In this document: one piece after another, positions 47,101-56,195 of the stretch | Layout of the letters: each line of letters begins with the position of its first letter | Numbering within the stretch: position 1 is the first letter of the stretch | Origin: an uncultured Holophaga sp. | Lineage (GTDB): Bacteria > Acidobacteriota > Holophagae > Holophagales > Holophagaceae | Length of the DNA: 64,000 nt | Assembly: GCA_963664825.1 (NCBI GenBank) | Contig: OY761614.1 | Coordinates: 3,296,001-3,360,000, forward strand | Direction of reading: 5' to 3' | Notes under the pieces: generated by a model | Told to the model about the DNA's origin: nothing | The model's database searches: none | What the model saw: the letters and a program-made list of their open reading frames with translations, nothing else | Translations under genes and position numbers: made by a program

Positions 47101-47750
47101 GTCCGGTCGTAGGCCTGCAGGATGGTCACTTGGCCGAATACCGCGCCAACGCAGCCATCCGCATGGGCCACCTGAATCAGGCGATCGTCTACGTGAGAGG
47201 CAACACCATCGAGGCGGCCATCAGCGGCCTGAGTGTCGAGATGGGCATGAACGGCGTAGCCGGAGGCCCAACGGGAACTCTGTTCGCCGACCACAACATC
47301 GTGAACGGCAACATCTGGGATGACGGCACCATGGTGTCAGCCACCGCCAAGACGCGTCTCGTCGGCAGGTGGAACGCGATATCCATGGATTCGGGAGTGC
47401 TGATGAACGTCGTGATTACTAACGACACGTATGCCAATTCGTCACATGCCGTTTCGAACTTCGGGATGCTCGGAACCCTGACCATTGATCGGACCATCTT
47501 CCTCAACAATGTCACCAACCTGAGCGGGGCCGGGACCGTGACGAATTCAATCTTCTACCCGAGCAGTGCACTGCCTGGGACAGGAAACCTGGCCGCCAAT
47601 CCCCAGGTGAGCACCACGACTGTTCCGCTTCGTAAATACAACCCGGAGGTGCTGGTGCCGACAAGCGATCTGAGCAAAAGGTTCCGTCCAAGCAGTCTCT
47701 CGTCGGCCAAATCGACTGATGGCACATATGCTGGTGCGGTCGCTCCTTGA
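44190..47750 (+). CDS. Exported protein with ~8 Ig-like repeats and a C-terminal beta-helix (adhesin or polysaccharide-active)
   Basis: N-terminal hydrophobic segment; seven 84-aa repeats plus one divergent copy; GGAGG RBS. Confidence 0.85.
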   Translation: MRIGSIQFRLLGIFIIGAICSWIATAATYFVMTLSPGSANITTYATLSLTAAVSGSSHTAFSWTVDGIRDGNSTVGIVTGGGSSVLYTAPANAGVHTLKASGLTYTYGNRPRLLTATARVTVVAPSAISSLTLSPFILTLNASTQNQFTATVTGTGSYSSGVIWSAQKGTITSTGLYTAPVTGGSDVVTATSAQDANRTATANITVTVPATITSVVVSPASLTLNASAQNQFTATVTGTGGYSSGVTWSAQKGTITSTGLYTAPATSGSDVVTATSAQNASRTATANITVTVPATITSVVVSPASLTLNASAQNQFTATVTGTGGYSSRVIWSAQKGTITSTGLYTAPATGGSDVVTATSAQNASRTAMANITVTVPATITSVVVSPASLTLNASAQNQFTATVTGTGSYSSGVTWSAQKGAITSTGLYTAPATGGSDVVTATSAQDASRTATANITVTVPATITSVVVSPASLTLNASAQNQFTATVTGTGSYSPGVTWSAQKGTITSTGLYTAPTTSGSDVVTATSAQNASRTATANITVTVPATITSVVVSPASLTLNVSAQNQFTATVVGTGSYSSGVTWSAQKGAITSTGLYTALTTGGSDVVTATSAQDVSRTATANITVTVPATITSVVVSPASLVLDASAQEQFTVTVTGTGSFSSGVTWSAQRGSITSAGLYTAPATGGSDVVTATSVQDTTKAVSSNITVSGSLSPILPAWTGTGSTRTVYPGEDIQAILNSASAGDTIELADGTWTGVHLTITKMVRLKSLNPLGARLQGYVQPTAGTDNGIAISGGAAAGTFIQDLDVSWYGSHGIGVMHSGSVVISGCHIESCGDQGIFLWDTANVVIYGNRILDPYLSGMLPTLVDDSSNTNWTANNSLVLMDYGVQAYGTVRTQVLQNYFHGQFNQAVSFKEANRDYTVSDNTFEGFTGSGVLCGQNIGNYGPFTYSGQPISVDTGTLHIEGNIFRPVVGLQDGHLAEYRANAAIRMGHLNQAIVYVRGNTIEAAISGLSVEMGMNGVAGGPTGTLFADHNIVNGNIWDDGTMVSATAKTRLVGRWNAISMDSGVLMNVVITNDTYANSSHAVSNFGMLGTLTIDRTIFLNNVTNLSGAGTVTNSIFYPSSALPGTGNLAANPQVSTTTVPLRKYNPEVLVPTSDLSKRFRPSSLSSAKSTDGTYAGAVAP
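44565..46328 (+). repeat. Seven tandem 252-bp coding repeats
   Basis: GTGCCTGCCA recurs at 44811, 45063, 45315, 45567, 45819 and 46071. Confidence 0.95.
46098..47748 (+). repeat. Right arm of 1651-bp inverted repeat
   Basis: Reverse complement of 40666-42316; identity ends at the first base of the stop codon. Confidence 0.95.
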
Positions 47751-47767
47751 AGGAAAGAAGACCTAGG

Positions 47768-49395
47768 GTATCGATTCACCCCCCCTGCAGGTTCAACTCG
47801 TGATTGAGGGGGGGGGGATCACTGCAAGTGAATAATTTGCTTGTACTTCGGTCTCAAACCAGTCAGATTCTAAAGGATGGAGCTTGATCCCGTTCTGACC
47901 GATCCGCGTTATCTGGCGCTGGCCGCCGAGAACGGGGAACTGCGTGCGGAAATGACTCGCCTGCGGGAGACGATGGAGCGCCTGGAGAAGCTGCTGGAGT
48001 CCCTCCAGGAGCGGCTCGGGAAGGACAGCCGCAACAGCAGCAAGCCCCCCAGTTCGGACGGACCCGCGGCGCCGCCCAAGCCACCGACGCCGCCCACGGG
48101 GCGCAAGCGCGGCGGCCAACCGGGACGAAAGGGGTCCGCTCGGGTGATGTTGCCGGAGGGCAGCGAGGATCGGACGGTGGCGGTGGCGCTTGGATGCTGC
48201 CCCCACTGCCGCGGCGAGGTTCCTTCAGGGGCCATCACCGGGACGCGCCTGCACCGGGTGGTGGATCTGGCTCAGCGCCTCACAGAAGTCATCGCCTACG
48301 CGCTGGAGGAGGGCATCTGCCCGCATTGCCAGCGAAAAGTCCGGGCTTCGCTGCCACCGGAGGCCGCGCCCGGCGGGATCGGCCCGCGCCTTCAGGCTGC
48401 GGCGGCCTATCTGCGCACAGAGGGCCGCATGAGCCTGACGCCGCTCCAGCGTTTCCTCTCGGAGGTGACGGGCGTAGCGGTCTCACGCGGTTGGCTGCAT
48501 GAGAGCGGTGTGGCGCTGGGGAGCCACCTACTCCCCGCCTGGGAGGACCTCTCCCAGCAGATCCGCACGGCGGACGTGCTCAACCTCGACGAGACCGGTT
48601 TCGGGCGGAAGGATCGGGACTGGATCTGGGTGGCCCTTTCCGCCCGCACGGCCCTCTTCCACTTCAGCGACACCCGTGGGGCGAGGGCCCTGACCGCGAT
48701 GCTTCCCGAGGATTTCAGTGGCATCATCGGAACGGACCGATACGGCGCCTACAACGCCTTGAAATCTGCCGTTCGCCAGTTCTGCTGGGCCCATTTGCGC
48801 AGGGAGTTCATCGCCCTCAGCGAATCCGCGAAGCCCGAGGTGGCCGCACTGGGAAAGCGTCTGCTCGCCGAGCAGGAGGAGATCTTTGCGCTGTGGCACG
48901 CCTTCCGAAGTGGCGAGATCACCCGCAAGGTTCTGCGCGCCTGCACGGCCATCAACCTGGCGCGGCTCAAGCGGGGCCTGATCCAGGCCAGCACGATGGA
49001 TCACAAGGCCGCCCGAAACCTCGGGAAGGACCTCCTCCGGAAATGGGACAAGCTCTGGGTGTTCCTGAAGGTCGAGGGCGTGGAGCCGACGAACAATGCG
49101 GCCGAGCGGGCCCTGCGCCCCCTCGTGATCCTCAAGCGGATCTTCCAGCGACTGCCCAGCGCGGACGGAAAGCGATTCTTCGAACGCCTCCTGAGCTTGG
49201 GCACCACCGCCTGCATCCGCGGCGTGCCCTACTTCGACTGGCTGCTCAGGGCCCTCCACTCCGCCCGATCCAATCAGCCCCTACCGGCACTGGAACCGGC
49301 CTGAGGCTGCCAGGGCAAGCGGGACATCACCAGCCCATCACGGCTGGCTGCCACCGGCTTACGCGGTCACAGGGACAAGCGGGGTGAATCGATAC
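47768..49395 (+). mobile_element. IS66-family insertion sequence, single-ORF (ISBst12-like), 1628 bp
   Basis: 15-bp perfect TIRs GTATCGATTCACCCC; 8-bp TSD GACCTAGG at 47760-47767 and 49396-49403. Confidence 0.93.
47877..49304 (+). CDS. IS66-family transposase
   Basis: NSSKPPSSD, GGQPG, CPHC x2, DETG, CWAHLRR, TNNAAERALR. Confidence 0.95.
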   Translation: MELDPVLTDPRYLALAAENGELRAEMTRLRETMERLEKLLESLQERLGKDSRNSSKPPSSDGPAAPPKPPTPPTGRKRGGQPGRKGSARVMLPEGSEDRTVAVALGCCPHCRGEVPSGAITGTRLHRVVDLAQRLTEVIAYALEEGICPHCQRKVRASLPPEAAPGGIGPRLQAAAAYLRTEGRMSLTPLQRFLSEVTGVAVSRGWLHESGVALGSHLLPAWEDLSQQIRTADVLNLDETGFGRKDRDWIWVALSARTALFHFSDTRGARALTAMLPEDFSGIIGTDRYGAYNALKSAVRQFCWAHLRREFIALSESAKPEVAALGKRLLAEQEEIFALWHAFRSGEITRKVLRACTAINLARLKRGLIQASTMDHKAARNLGKDLLRKWDKLWVFLKVEGVEPTNNAAERALRPLVILKRIFQRLPSADGKRFFERLLSLGTTACIRGVPYFDWLLRALHSARSNQPLPALEPA

Positions 49396-49398
49396 GAC

Positions 49399-50436
49399 CT
49401 AGGAGCAGGAGAACTTGGCGAAGGACTGCCGCATTGTTCCCGCAGCCCTCATGTCAGACCACGCCTTGAGCATGAACAGAGGCTTCGAGGTGATCCGTTC
49501 CATGGTGATGATGGCGTGCAGCTGGCCGCCCCAGCTGCGAACGAATCTTTCTACGCGGGGTATGGTGGAACCTTCAAAATCAAAGGTGTGCCCTCGCTTT
49601 ACACATTCCTGGATCCCGTACCAGATGACAAGGGGATCCGCTCCGACATCTTGTCGAGAATGGTCCCTTCCTCCGATCAGATTATAGGTTGTATGTGAAT
49701 CCCAAACATTCATGTGGGCAGCTACGGGTTGACCGTTAGCATCCTTGGCGACGTAGATGGCACCTTGTCCCATCGACTGAATAGCACCCCACAATCGTCT
49801 AATATAATTAGAATTGTTATAGGGAAGACCTTGCCGAGAGAAGACCATTTTATCAAAATTCAGCAAGACTTCGATGTCCTCAGTCGTGGAAACAGTGATC
49901 CCGTCTCGAATGGCTTTACGGATTCGATTGCGCCGATTTGGTTCCATCTGGTCCCAAATCGCTTCGAGACTCTGCCCTTGGGTAAGGCGATATGTATAAA
50001 TAATGTTAGTTTTAAATCCAAACCAATGAAAAGGTTGCGTGTCGGTAATGTCATAATCCAGTGCGAAGTAGAGCCAATCCGCTGTTGGGAGGGCCTGGAG
50101 CAACGTCACCAACCGCAGTTTGTTCTCTGTGTTGTTAGTAAATGTTTTGTTTGTATGCGAAGACTTTACCAAGACTCCCACATAGGGTGTATAGAGCGGG
50201 GACGAATACCGTTTATACCAAGCGATAGGTCGTTCAATGAGTGGCAAACCCGCTACGATCTCATTTGTCTTATCGCGGCAAACTAGATATGAAATAGGAT
50301 GGGCTGTGGCAGCAAGCCATTCATGGCGATGAAAGATGGTCCCCCGTGGATGGCTTAGAACAAAGCGATCCCATTCAGCACTGTTCCCTGCTGCAAGCAT
50401 CTCGGCCTTGTAGTTGTTTGTCATCGCATACTCCAT
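49399..50436 (-). CDS. FemAB-like/GNAT acyltransferase
   Basis: WDRFV, TIFH, RRNRIRKA, FDFEGS; start uncertain (50424-50448). Confidence 0.8.
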   Translation of the reverse strand: MEYAMTNNYKAEMLAAGNSAEWDRFVLSHPRGTIFHRHEWLAATAHPISYLVCRDKTNEIVAGLPLIERPIAWYKRYSSPLYTPYVGVLVKSSHTNKTFTNNTENKLRLVTLLQALPTADWLYFALDYDITDTQPFHWFGFKTNIIYTYRLTQGQSLEAIWDQMEPNRRNRIRKAIRDGITVSTTEDIEVLLNFDKMVFSRQGLPYNNSNYIRRLWGAIQSMGQGAIYVAKDANGQPVAAHMNVWDSHTTYNLIGGRDHSRQDVGADPLVIWYGIQECVKRGHTFDFEGSTIPRVERFVRSWGGQLHAIITMERITSKPLFMLKAWSDMRAAGTMRQSFAKFSCS

Positions 50437-50538
50437 TGTTGCGATCAAAACAATAATCAGACATCAACACCAAGCATCCTGACCATGTAATATACAAATT
50501 CACATTACAAGAACTCGCACACGAAATTGTAAATAAAT

Positions 50539-51072
50539 TCATGTGCCGTTACTGTCAATACGAATACTGCCATTCTGATTCTTAAAACCACCAATCACTT
50601 TGGCGGGAATTCCCACGGCTGTGCACCCATCCGGAATGGATCGCGTAACCAGTGCCACCGCACCGATGGTGGTTCCTCGTCCTATACTCACGCCGTGTTT
50701 TCCACCCAGGATAACTGCCCTTAGGCCAATGTATGCATGATCTCTAATAACAATATAGGTGCGATGCTGCCCCTTCCCATGAACAGAGAAATAGCAACCA
50801 TAAGAAATCGTTACATTATGACCGATGATGGTTCGTTGAGGTTCCAAATCATCCATATAGCATCTCATCCCAATGAAGACATTTCTTCCAATTTTGAATC
50901 CAATCCACCGATATAAAACAATGCGGACAGTGTTGAATGGAATGACCGGAATGATGACGACATTGATAAATTTCCGAATAGGTCTCCAAATTATTTCAAT
51001 TATACCATAATTGGCATAATATGGAATCGGACGAGAGCGTATTTTGTAATACCATGCAAATGCCATAATCAT
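50539..51072 (-). CDS. Hexapeptide-repeat (LbH) acyltransferase
   Basis: IGRNVFIG, IGHNVTIS, GAVALVTRSIP, GIPAK. Confidence 0.85.
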   Translation of the reverse strand: MIMAFAWYYKIRSRPIPYYANYGIIEIIWRPIRKFINVVIIPVIPFNTVRIVLYRWIGFKIGRNVFIGMRCYMDDLEPQRTIIGHNVTISYGCYFSVHGKGQHRTYIVIRDHAYIGLRAVILGGKHGVSIGRGTTIGAVALVTRSIPDGCTAVGIPAKVIGGFKNQNGSIRIDSNGT

Positions 51073-52463
51073 TTACGCCTTATGCCATCAAGTTCATTCA
51101 AGAAGAGATGCTTTTCCATGAGGGTTGATAGTGCATTGTTATGCCAAAGAATTGAGAAATTTCCTCCAAACCTTCTCACAGCATTACGCATGATGTTGAT
51201 ATCGTTTTCCGTTTCAGGATAAAGACCATGACATTCCTGAGACTGAACATAGTTATTCATAACATGAAGGGGTTCGACGATCAGCGGTAAGGTCGCCCGC
51301 CGATGCAGATCGAAAGCTTGATAGGACCTGCCCGTACCACTCCTAAATCCGACGCGATCACTGAAGCCAAGGCTTGCATCCCGGGAGATTCCCGCATGGC
51401 AGTAGCTGGACCAGGTTTCGGGTCGCCACCGGAGGTAGTGCTGCCGCCCGAGCAAAGGAATTTCTGGTTTGCCAAGCCTATGCAGGATGCTGCGAAACAT
51501 TTCAACTTGTCGACCAAGCAGATCCAGGTTCTTGAATGAGGCGTAACCTGGGTGGATTCCCACCAAATGCCCTGCCTCCAACGTCCGTTGCAACATGCGG
51601 AAGGCAGGTCCACTGGCCAAGGAATAACCGCCATCCAGGGGAACTGCGCCCTCGGGCACCATCCAGTAGAAACTGGCACGGAGGCTCAACGCTTTTGCTA
51701 CCTTCAATAAATAGGAGAGTCCAGCACCCGGATCCAATCGTTCGGAACCAGGAAAGCCCAGGCCTGAACATAGGCGCCGAAAAGCCACCAGAGGCGCCTT
51801 CCGTTGGAAGACATCCTTGCCTAATTGGCGGGTGAATCCGCTTAAGCCCAGGGAGGCTGAGGTGGGATGATCCATGTCATGGGACAGCGTCAGTTGGAAC
51901 GCTGGTGCCTGTATACGAATGCCTGGCCAAAGCCTGGACAAGCATGAATTCAAAATTGAGCGATATTCATCGACAAGAGGACGGAGTAAGAGGCCTGATT
52001 CGGTGAGCCACATCCGCGATGGCGGAAACCGGCCATGGGCGTCTGTGTGTTCCTCATTCAATTCCTCCACACGGGCCAACATCCAGAAGGCGCCACCCAA
52101 GAGATCAGCCGAAATTTCAATTTCTTGGGAGGAAACGAAACGGATTGGCGGAATTTCTGTATTCCCGAAGAGCACTGGAAGGTCTGGGTGGCCTGTGGCC
52201 TTCTCCAATTCCAGATTATGAATGGCAACCCGTGCAACAGGCTGCGCTGGGCGAGGGCAGCGGCTCCAGGGATCTGCCGGTGCGCCGGAGAACAATCCAT
52301 CCACCAAGACGACTCTACGTCCATCCGAATCCCTTATCTCAGAAGGGTGATAGGAGTCGATTTCTTCTACCCAATCGACCCCTTGAACATCGGCAAGCAA
52401 TTCCCTTAGAACGTAGCGGCGCTCGGCCAGGAAGTTCGATGGAATTCGGAGGATCAGGTGCAT
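51069..52463 (-). CDS. Polysaccharide deacetylase-like protein
   Basis: DAHGRF, SHDMD, GIHPGY, RQHYLR, GFRSG, LWHN. Confidence 0.75.
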   Translation of the reverse strand: MHLILRIPSNFLAERRYVLRELLADVQGVDWVEEIDSYHPSEIRDSDGRRVVLVDGLFSGAPADPWSRCPRPAQPVARVAIHNLELEKATGHPDLPVLFGNTEIPPIRFVSSQEIEISADLLGGAFWMLARVEELNEEHTDAHGRFPPSRMWLTESGLLLRPLVDEYRSILNSCLSRLWPGIRIQAPAFQLTLSHDMDHPTSASLGLSGFTRQLGKDVFQRKAPLVAFRRLCSGLGFPGSERLDPGAGLSYLLKVAKALSLRASFYWMVPEGAVPLDGGYSLASGPAFRMLQRTLEAGHLVGIHPGYASFKNLDLLGRQVEMFRSILHRLGKPEIPLLGRQHYLRWRPETWSSYCHAGISRDASLGFSDRVGFRSGTGRSYQAFDLHRRATLPLIVEPLHVMNNYVQSQECHGLYPETENDINIMRNAVRRFGGNFSILWHNNALSTLMEKHLFLNELDGIRRK

Positions 52464-52543
52464 GACGGATCAGCCCATGAAAGTCGGAAGAACTTGTCGA
52501 GAAACAATCTACCCTCGTGGATGCTTGAATAAATTTAGTTCCT

Positions 52544-53644
52544 TTAAATCCCGAAGGAATTAACAAGATCTATGAGCGACTTACTTTGAGAAGTCCATTG
52601 GTATTTTGCCAGAACCGCGGAACGCCCCCTTGCCCCCATGGCCTTTGCTTCGTCCTGGTGAGATAGAAGGTATCTAATGGCTTTCTGGAGGTCCATGGGA
52701 TCCGCCGGATCGACCAGGAGGCCACAACCGGCAGATTCCACGATCTCGCGCCAGAGTGGAAAATTGGACGCAATCACGGGCATCCCAGCAGCCATGTATT
52801 CGAATAGCTTGACGGGTAGGGCCTCGATGTAATTCGCCACCGGAAGCAGAGTCACCATACCTATCTTGCATCGGTCCATGAGCCCGGCGGCCTCACTCCA
52901 GCCCAACACTCCCCACTCCCTCACCGCCGTCCAGCCGGGAGAGGATTGGAGTAATTCACGTAGACCGGGCTCATTCCAAAATCCGGCCAAATTCAGTGGC
53001 ACACCAATACCTTCCATTGCGGTCACCAAGGGGACCAAGCCCCGGGCGCGGCTTAACGCTCCGACATAGCAAATTTCATCTTTGCGAGCATCCCATGGGC
53101 CCGGTTCGTGGAAGCGCTCCGGAATGGGATAATTGCGGACTTCAGCCACGCGGATCCCTTGGGCTTCGAAGCGCTGGCGGATGCAGGCGGTTGGCACCAC
53201 CACGGCATCTAGCCGCATGGAGATACTGTTTTCGAAGCATTCAACACTCCGGGATACCCATGGACGCAGCCAAGCCGGGATCCATGGCTTGCTGAGGATC
53301 TGACGCGGCAGGTCCTCGTGGGCGTCATACACCGTCCGAGCCCCCTGGAAGCGCATGGCAAGTAATACAGGCAGTAGTTCCGGATCATGGATGTGGACCA
53401 AATCAGGATGCAATTTCGCGGCCCTCCTCCAGATCCGCCAAGTGGCGCCAAGCATTCGGGAAGCCCTGTTTCTGGCAGGGCGCCCCACATCGTGGATGTG
53501 TACACCTCTCGCTTCGCTGTCGCCCAACCCATCGGCCACGAGCAGGTGGACTTCATGCCCGGCCTTGACCAGGGAACAACATTCCTTGTAAAAAATGCGC
53601 GCATCGCTTCTGGGATGGGCCGAGGTCAATTGGAGAATTCGCAT
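52544..53644 (-). CDS. GT4 glycosyltransferase
   Basis: DARIFYKE, YDAHED, KLFEYMAAGMPV. Confidence 0.92.
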   Translation of the reverse strand: MRILQLTSAHPRSDARIFYKECCSLVKAGHEVHLLVADGLGDSEARGVHIHDVGRPARNRASRMLGATWRIWRRAAKLHPDLVHIHDPELLPVLLAMRFQGARTVYDAHEDLPRQILSKPWIPAWLRPWVSRSVECFENSISMRLDAVVVPTACIRQRFEAQGIRVAEVRNYPIPERFHEPGPWDARKDEICYVGALSRARGLVPLVTAMEGIGVPLNLAGFWNEPGLRELLQSSPGWTAVREWGVLGWSEAAGLMDRCKIGMVTLLPVANYIEALPVKLFEYMAAGMPVIASNFPLWREIVESAGCGLLVDPADPMDLQKAIRYLLSHQDEAKAMGARGRSAVLAKYQWTSQSKSLIDLVNSFGI

Positions 53645-54879
53645 GGACCTCTCCGCTGGGAAAACGAGTGCCCAGGCTGGGAACCATTGTCCATCGCCTC
53701 GATCCAGGGGCGCCGAGCATAGCGGCCTAGACCGAAACCTAATAGCGCAAACAACAGGCGGTTGTCATTGATATCCCCGCTCACCAAAGCACTGAAAAAT
53801 GTGAAGATGGCGAGCCCGATCCAAAGCAACTGTTCATCACAATCCGCGTGTTGGCGAATCAGGAACCGGCTTCTCCTGGCCATGAGCAGGAACCCAACCC
53901 CCGTAATCCAGCCTCCTTCCATCCAAAGTTCCACCAATAAATTGTGGACATACTGTCGCCCGGTCATATCCCACCGGGACACCACCCCCACAAACCCGCC
54001 CCACCCAATCCCAAACGGATGGGAAGCCAAGAGCGGAAGGGCCTTTCTGAGTGCAAGCAGGCGATACGTTTCGGAATCCCCAAAGTCCCCGGCGAAGAAA
54101 CTCGATAGACGTCCCAAGGATCCGGTCGGCATGAATGACCAGGAGAAAACCAGGCCAATCGCGGTCAGCCCCCCCAGGGTGAGGAACCTGCCGAGTGCAT
54201 CTTTCCGGCCCGAAGCCAGGAGCATGACCATAATGGCCACCAGGGCGGCAATGAGGGGCCCCTTGGAGCCTGAAAACAGCAGGGCCGTGGCAGCCATCAT
54301 CGCCAGAACCAAACTCAGGATCTGTCTGGGCAGGCTTGCCTTCCAAAGCAGATACCGCGTTCCTTCCATCAGGAAGACCAGACCTGCTGACGCCCCAAGG
54401 GCTATGGTCGTTCCACCGAACCCAGAAGCACGCAGAGCGGCGCCTCCGGAAGTGAACGCATTCACGAGGGCGTCGCTCGAGATCAGGAGGCCGAACATGA
54501 CTAGCCAAGCAGCTAACCGCTTCAGGCCATCAGGCCGTTGAGCGACCTCTGTACCGGCGATGAAGGCTAGGGGAGTGAGGGTTGCCACGAATAGGGATTT
54601 GCTGGCAGCGTAATCATTTCCTGGAGCCAGCAAAATGCCTGGCAGCACCAAGCCGATAAACAGCATGGCCCAGAGGATCTGGCTGCCTGCCACGCGGTGC
54701 TCATCCCTGAATAGCGAGCCCAGGATGATGGCTGCCAGAATAATTGCGAAGAAGAGGGTCAAATCTACTGGCACCCAGGCCATGCGCAGATCTGCCTTGA
54801 GGTTGCCGGAATTCAGGAAGGCGGCGAAGACGCCACAGAAGAGGTGCTCCCGGCCGAGTTTCAGGTATGGGCGAGTCAC
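53626..54879 (-). CDS. Wzy/O-antigen ligase-like polymerase
   Basis: Many TMs; SGSKGP, HPFGIGWG, YVHNLLVE; GTGA overlap with wzx and AGGAGG RBS. Confidence 0.8.
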   Translation of the reverse strand: MTRPYLKLGREHLFCGVFAAFLNSGNLKADLRMAWVPVDLTLFFAIILAAIILGSLFRDEHRVAGSQILWAMLFIGLVLPGILLAPGNDYAASKSLFVATLTPLAFIAGTEVAQRPDGLKRLAAWLVMFGLLISSDALVNAFTSGGAALRASGFGGTTIALGASAGLVFLMEGTRYLLWKASLPRQILSLVLAMMAATALLFSGSKGPLIAALVAIMVMLLASGRKDALGRFLTLGGLTAIGLVFSWSFMPTGSLGRLSSFFAGDFGDSETYRLLALRKALPLLASHPFGIGWGGFVGVVSRWDMTGRQYVHNLLVELWMEGGWITGVGFLLMARRSRFLIRQHADCDEQLLWIGLAIFTFFSALVSGDINDNRLLFALLGFGLGRYARRPWIEAMDNGSQPGHSFSQRRGPCEFSN

Positions 54880-56195
54880 ACACTCACCTCCTTCATACCC
54901 GCGATCGGTTTTGGCTTGACCTGGACCATCATGACCAGTAGCACGATGTAAGAGATGGTCAACGCTGCGCTGTACCAGGCGGTGGTCGCCAGGAGGCCCG
55001 CCCCCCATCTCCTGGGTGCCCAGATGGAGATGCTCACCAGGAGCAGCCTGCCAGCGTCCCAGGCCAACGAGAGATCGAGTCGGCCAAGGAGGATGATGCA
55101 TCCAGAGAGTGGGCTTGCAACGAACTGGGCCCAGGCGGCCGGAGCCAGGATGGCAATAAGGAAGCCCGCATCACGCCATCGTTCTCCAAAGATGGGGGCG
55201 ACTGCCAGCGGGGGGACCACGACCAGAACAAGCGCGAGAAGGGCGCCATACAGGCTCAGTTTTCGCACCATCAACCGAAAAACACCTCGGAAGGCACCAG
55301 GCCTTTCCCTGATCACCTGGGAGATCTCCCCAACGAAGACTTGGGAGGCGGCGCGCGTGATGAGCGTGATGGGAAGCCCGATCATGCGATCTGCGAAGAC
55401 GAAGAGGCCGGTCTGCCAGGGGTCGAAGAGAAAGGCAACCACCAAAACGGTCCCCTGCGCTCCGGCGGTATTCAACAGGCTCGAGCCCAAGCCGAAAAGT
55501 GGGAAGCGGCGGTACATCAGGGCCGTCCTCACGTGGTGGCGAAAATTTCTAGGCGCCGCCAGGAAATCCCGATCCACACGCCCAAGGCGAATCAGGGCGC
55601 TGAATCCCAGGAGCCGCCCAAGCGCGTCCCCAAACAGGAGATTCAAGGGCCCCCATTTAAGGAGCCCCAGCAATGTCTGGAAGATTGCGGATCCAGCACC
55701 CTGGGCGAACTTGGCCCGCGCCATAACCGAATAGGCATGTTCCCTCACCCCCCACGCCGAGAGTGCCTGGTGGAAGCCGAGCCCGACGAGCCCGATGGGG
55801 AACACCCAAAAATAGGGTCGGAGACGATGGAGGGTTTGGAGGCTCGCTGGGATTTCCGGGTGCAGCACCCCGACAAGAAGAACCAGGAGTGTGGTCGCGA
55901 GGACTGAAACCAGGGAAATCACAAGGAGGGACCTCGCGTCCTCATCGCTCGGCGCAACAGGAATGGCTTTCTCGTAACAGAAGGTCGAGATCGTGGAGGT
56001 AATGCCCATGATGGACAGATAGAACCCAAGAAGTCCAAAGTCCCCAGGCGAGTAAAGACGCGTCAGCAGGGGAGAGACAAGGAGCGCAACGGCCTGCCCT
56101 AAGGCGGTCCCGGAGGCGACGGTAGCCACCTTCCGACTGAAGCCTCCTCTGGGAAAGGCATCTCTCAACCACTCGACCAAATGAGAACTCATCAC
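54876..56195 (-). CDS. wzx: Wzx flippase
   Basis: GTALGQ, PLLTRLYSPGDFG; about 12 TMs. Confidence 0.88.
   Translation of the reverse strand: MMSSHLVEWLRDAFPRGGFSRKVATVASGTALGQAVALLVSPLLTRLYSPGDFGLLGFYLSIMGITSTISTFCYEKAIPVAPSDEDARSLLVISLVSVLATTLLVLLVGVLHPEIPASLQTLHRLRPYFWVFPIGLVGLGFHQALSAWGVREHAYSVMARAKFAQGAGSAIFQTLLGLLKWGPLNLLFGDALGRLLGFSALIRLGRVDRDFLAAPRNFRHHVRTALMYRRFPLFGLGSSLLNTAGAQGTVLVVAFLFDPWQTGLFVFADRMIGLPITLITRAASQVFVGEISQVIRERPGAFRGVFRLMVRKLSLYGALLALVLVVVPPLAVAPIFGERWRDAGFLIAILAPAAWAQFVASPLSGCIILLGRLDLSLAWDAGRLLLVSISIWAPRRWGAGLLATTAWYSAALTISYIVLLVMMVQVKPKPIAGMKEVSV

Noticed and set aside
40666..47748. Diversity-generating retroelement TR/VR pair or shufflon
   Set aside because: No adenine-specific differences, and no reverse transcriptase or recombinase in the window
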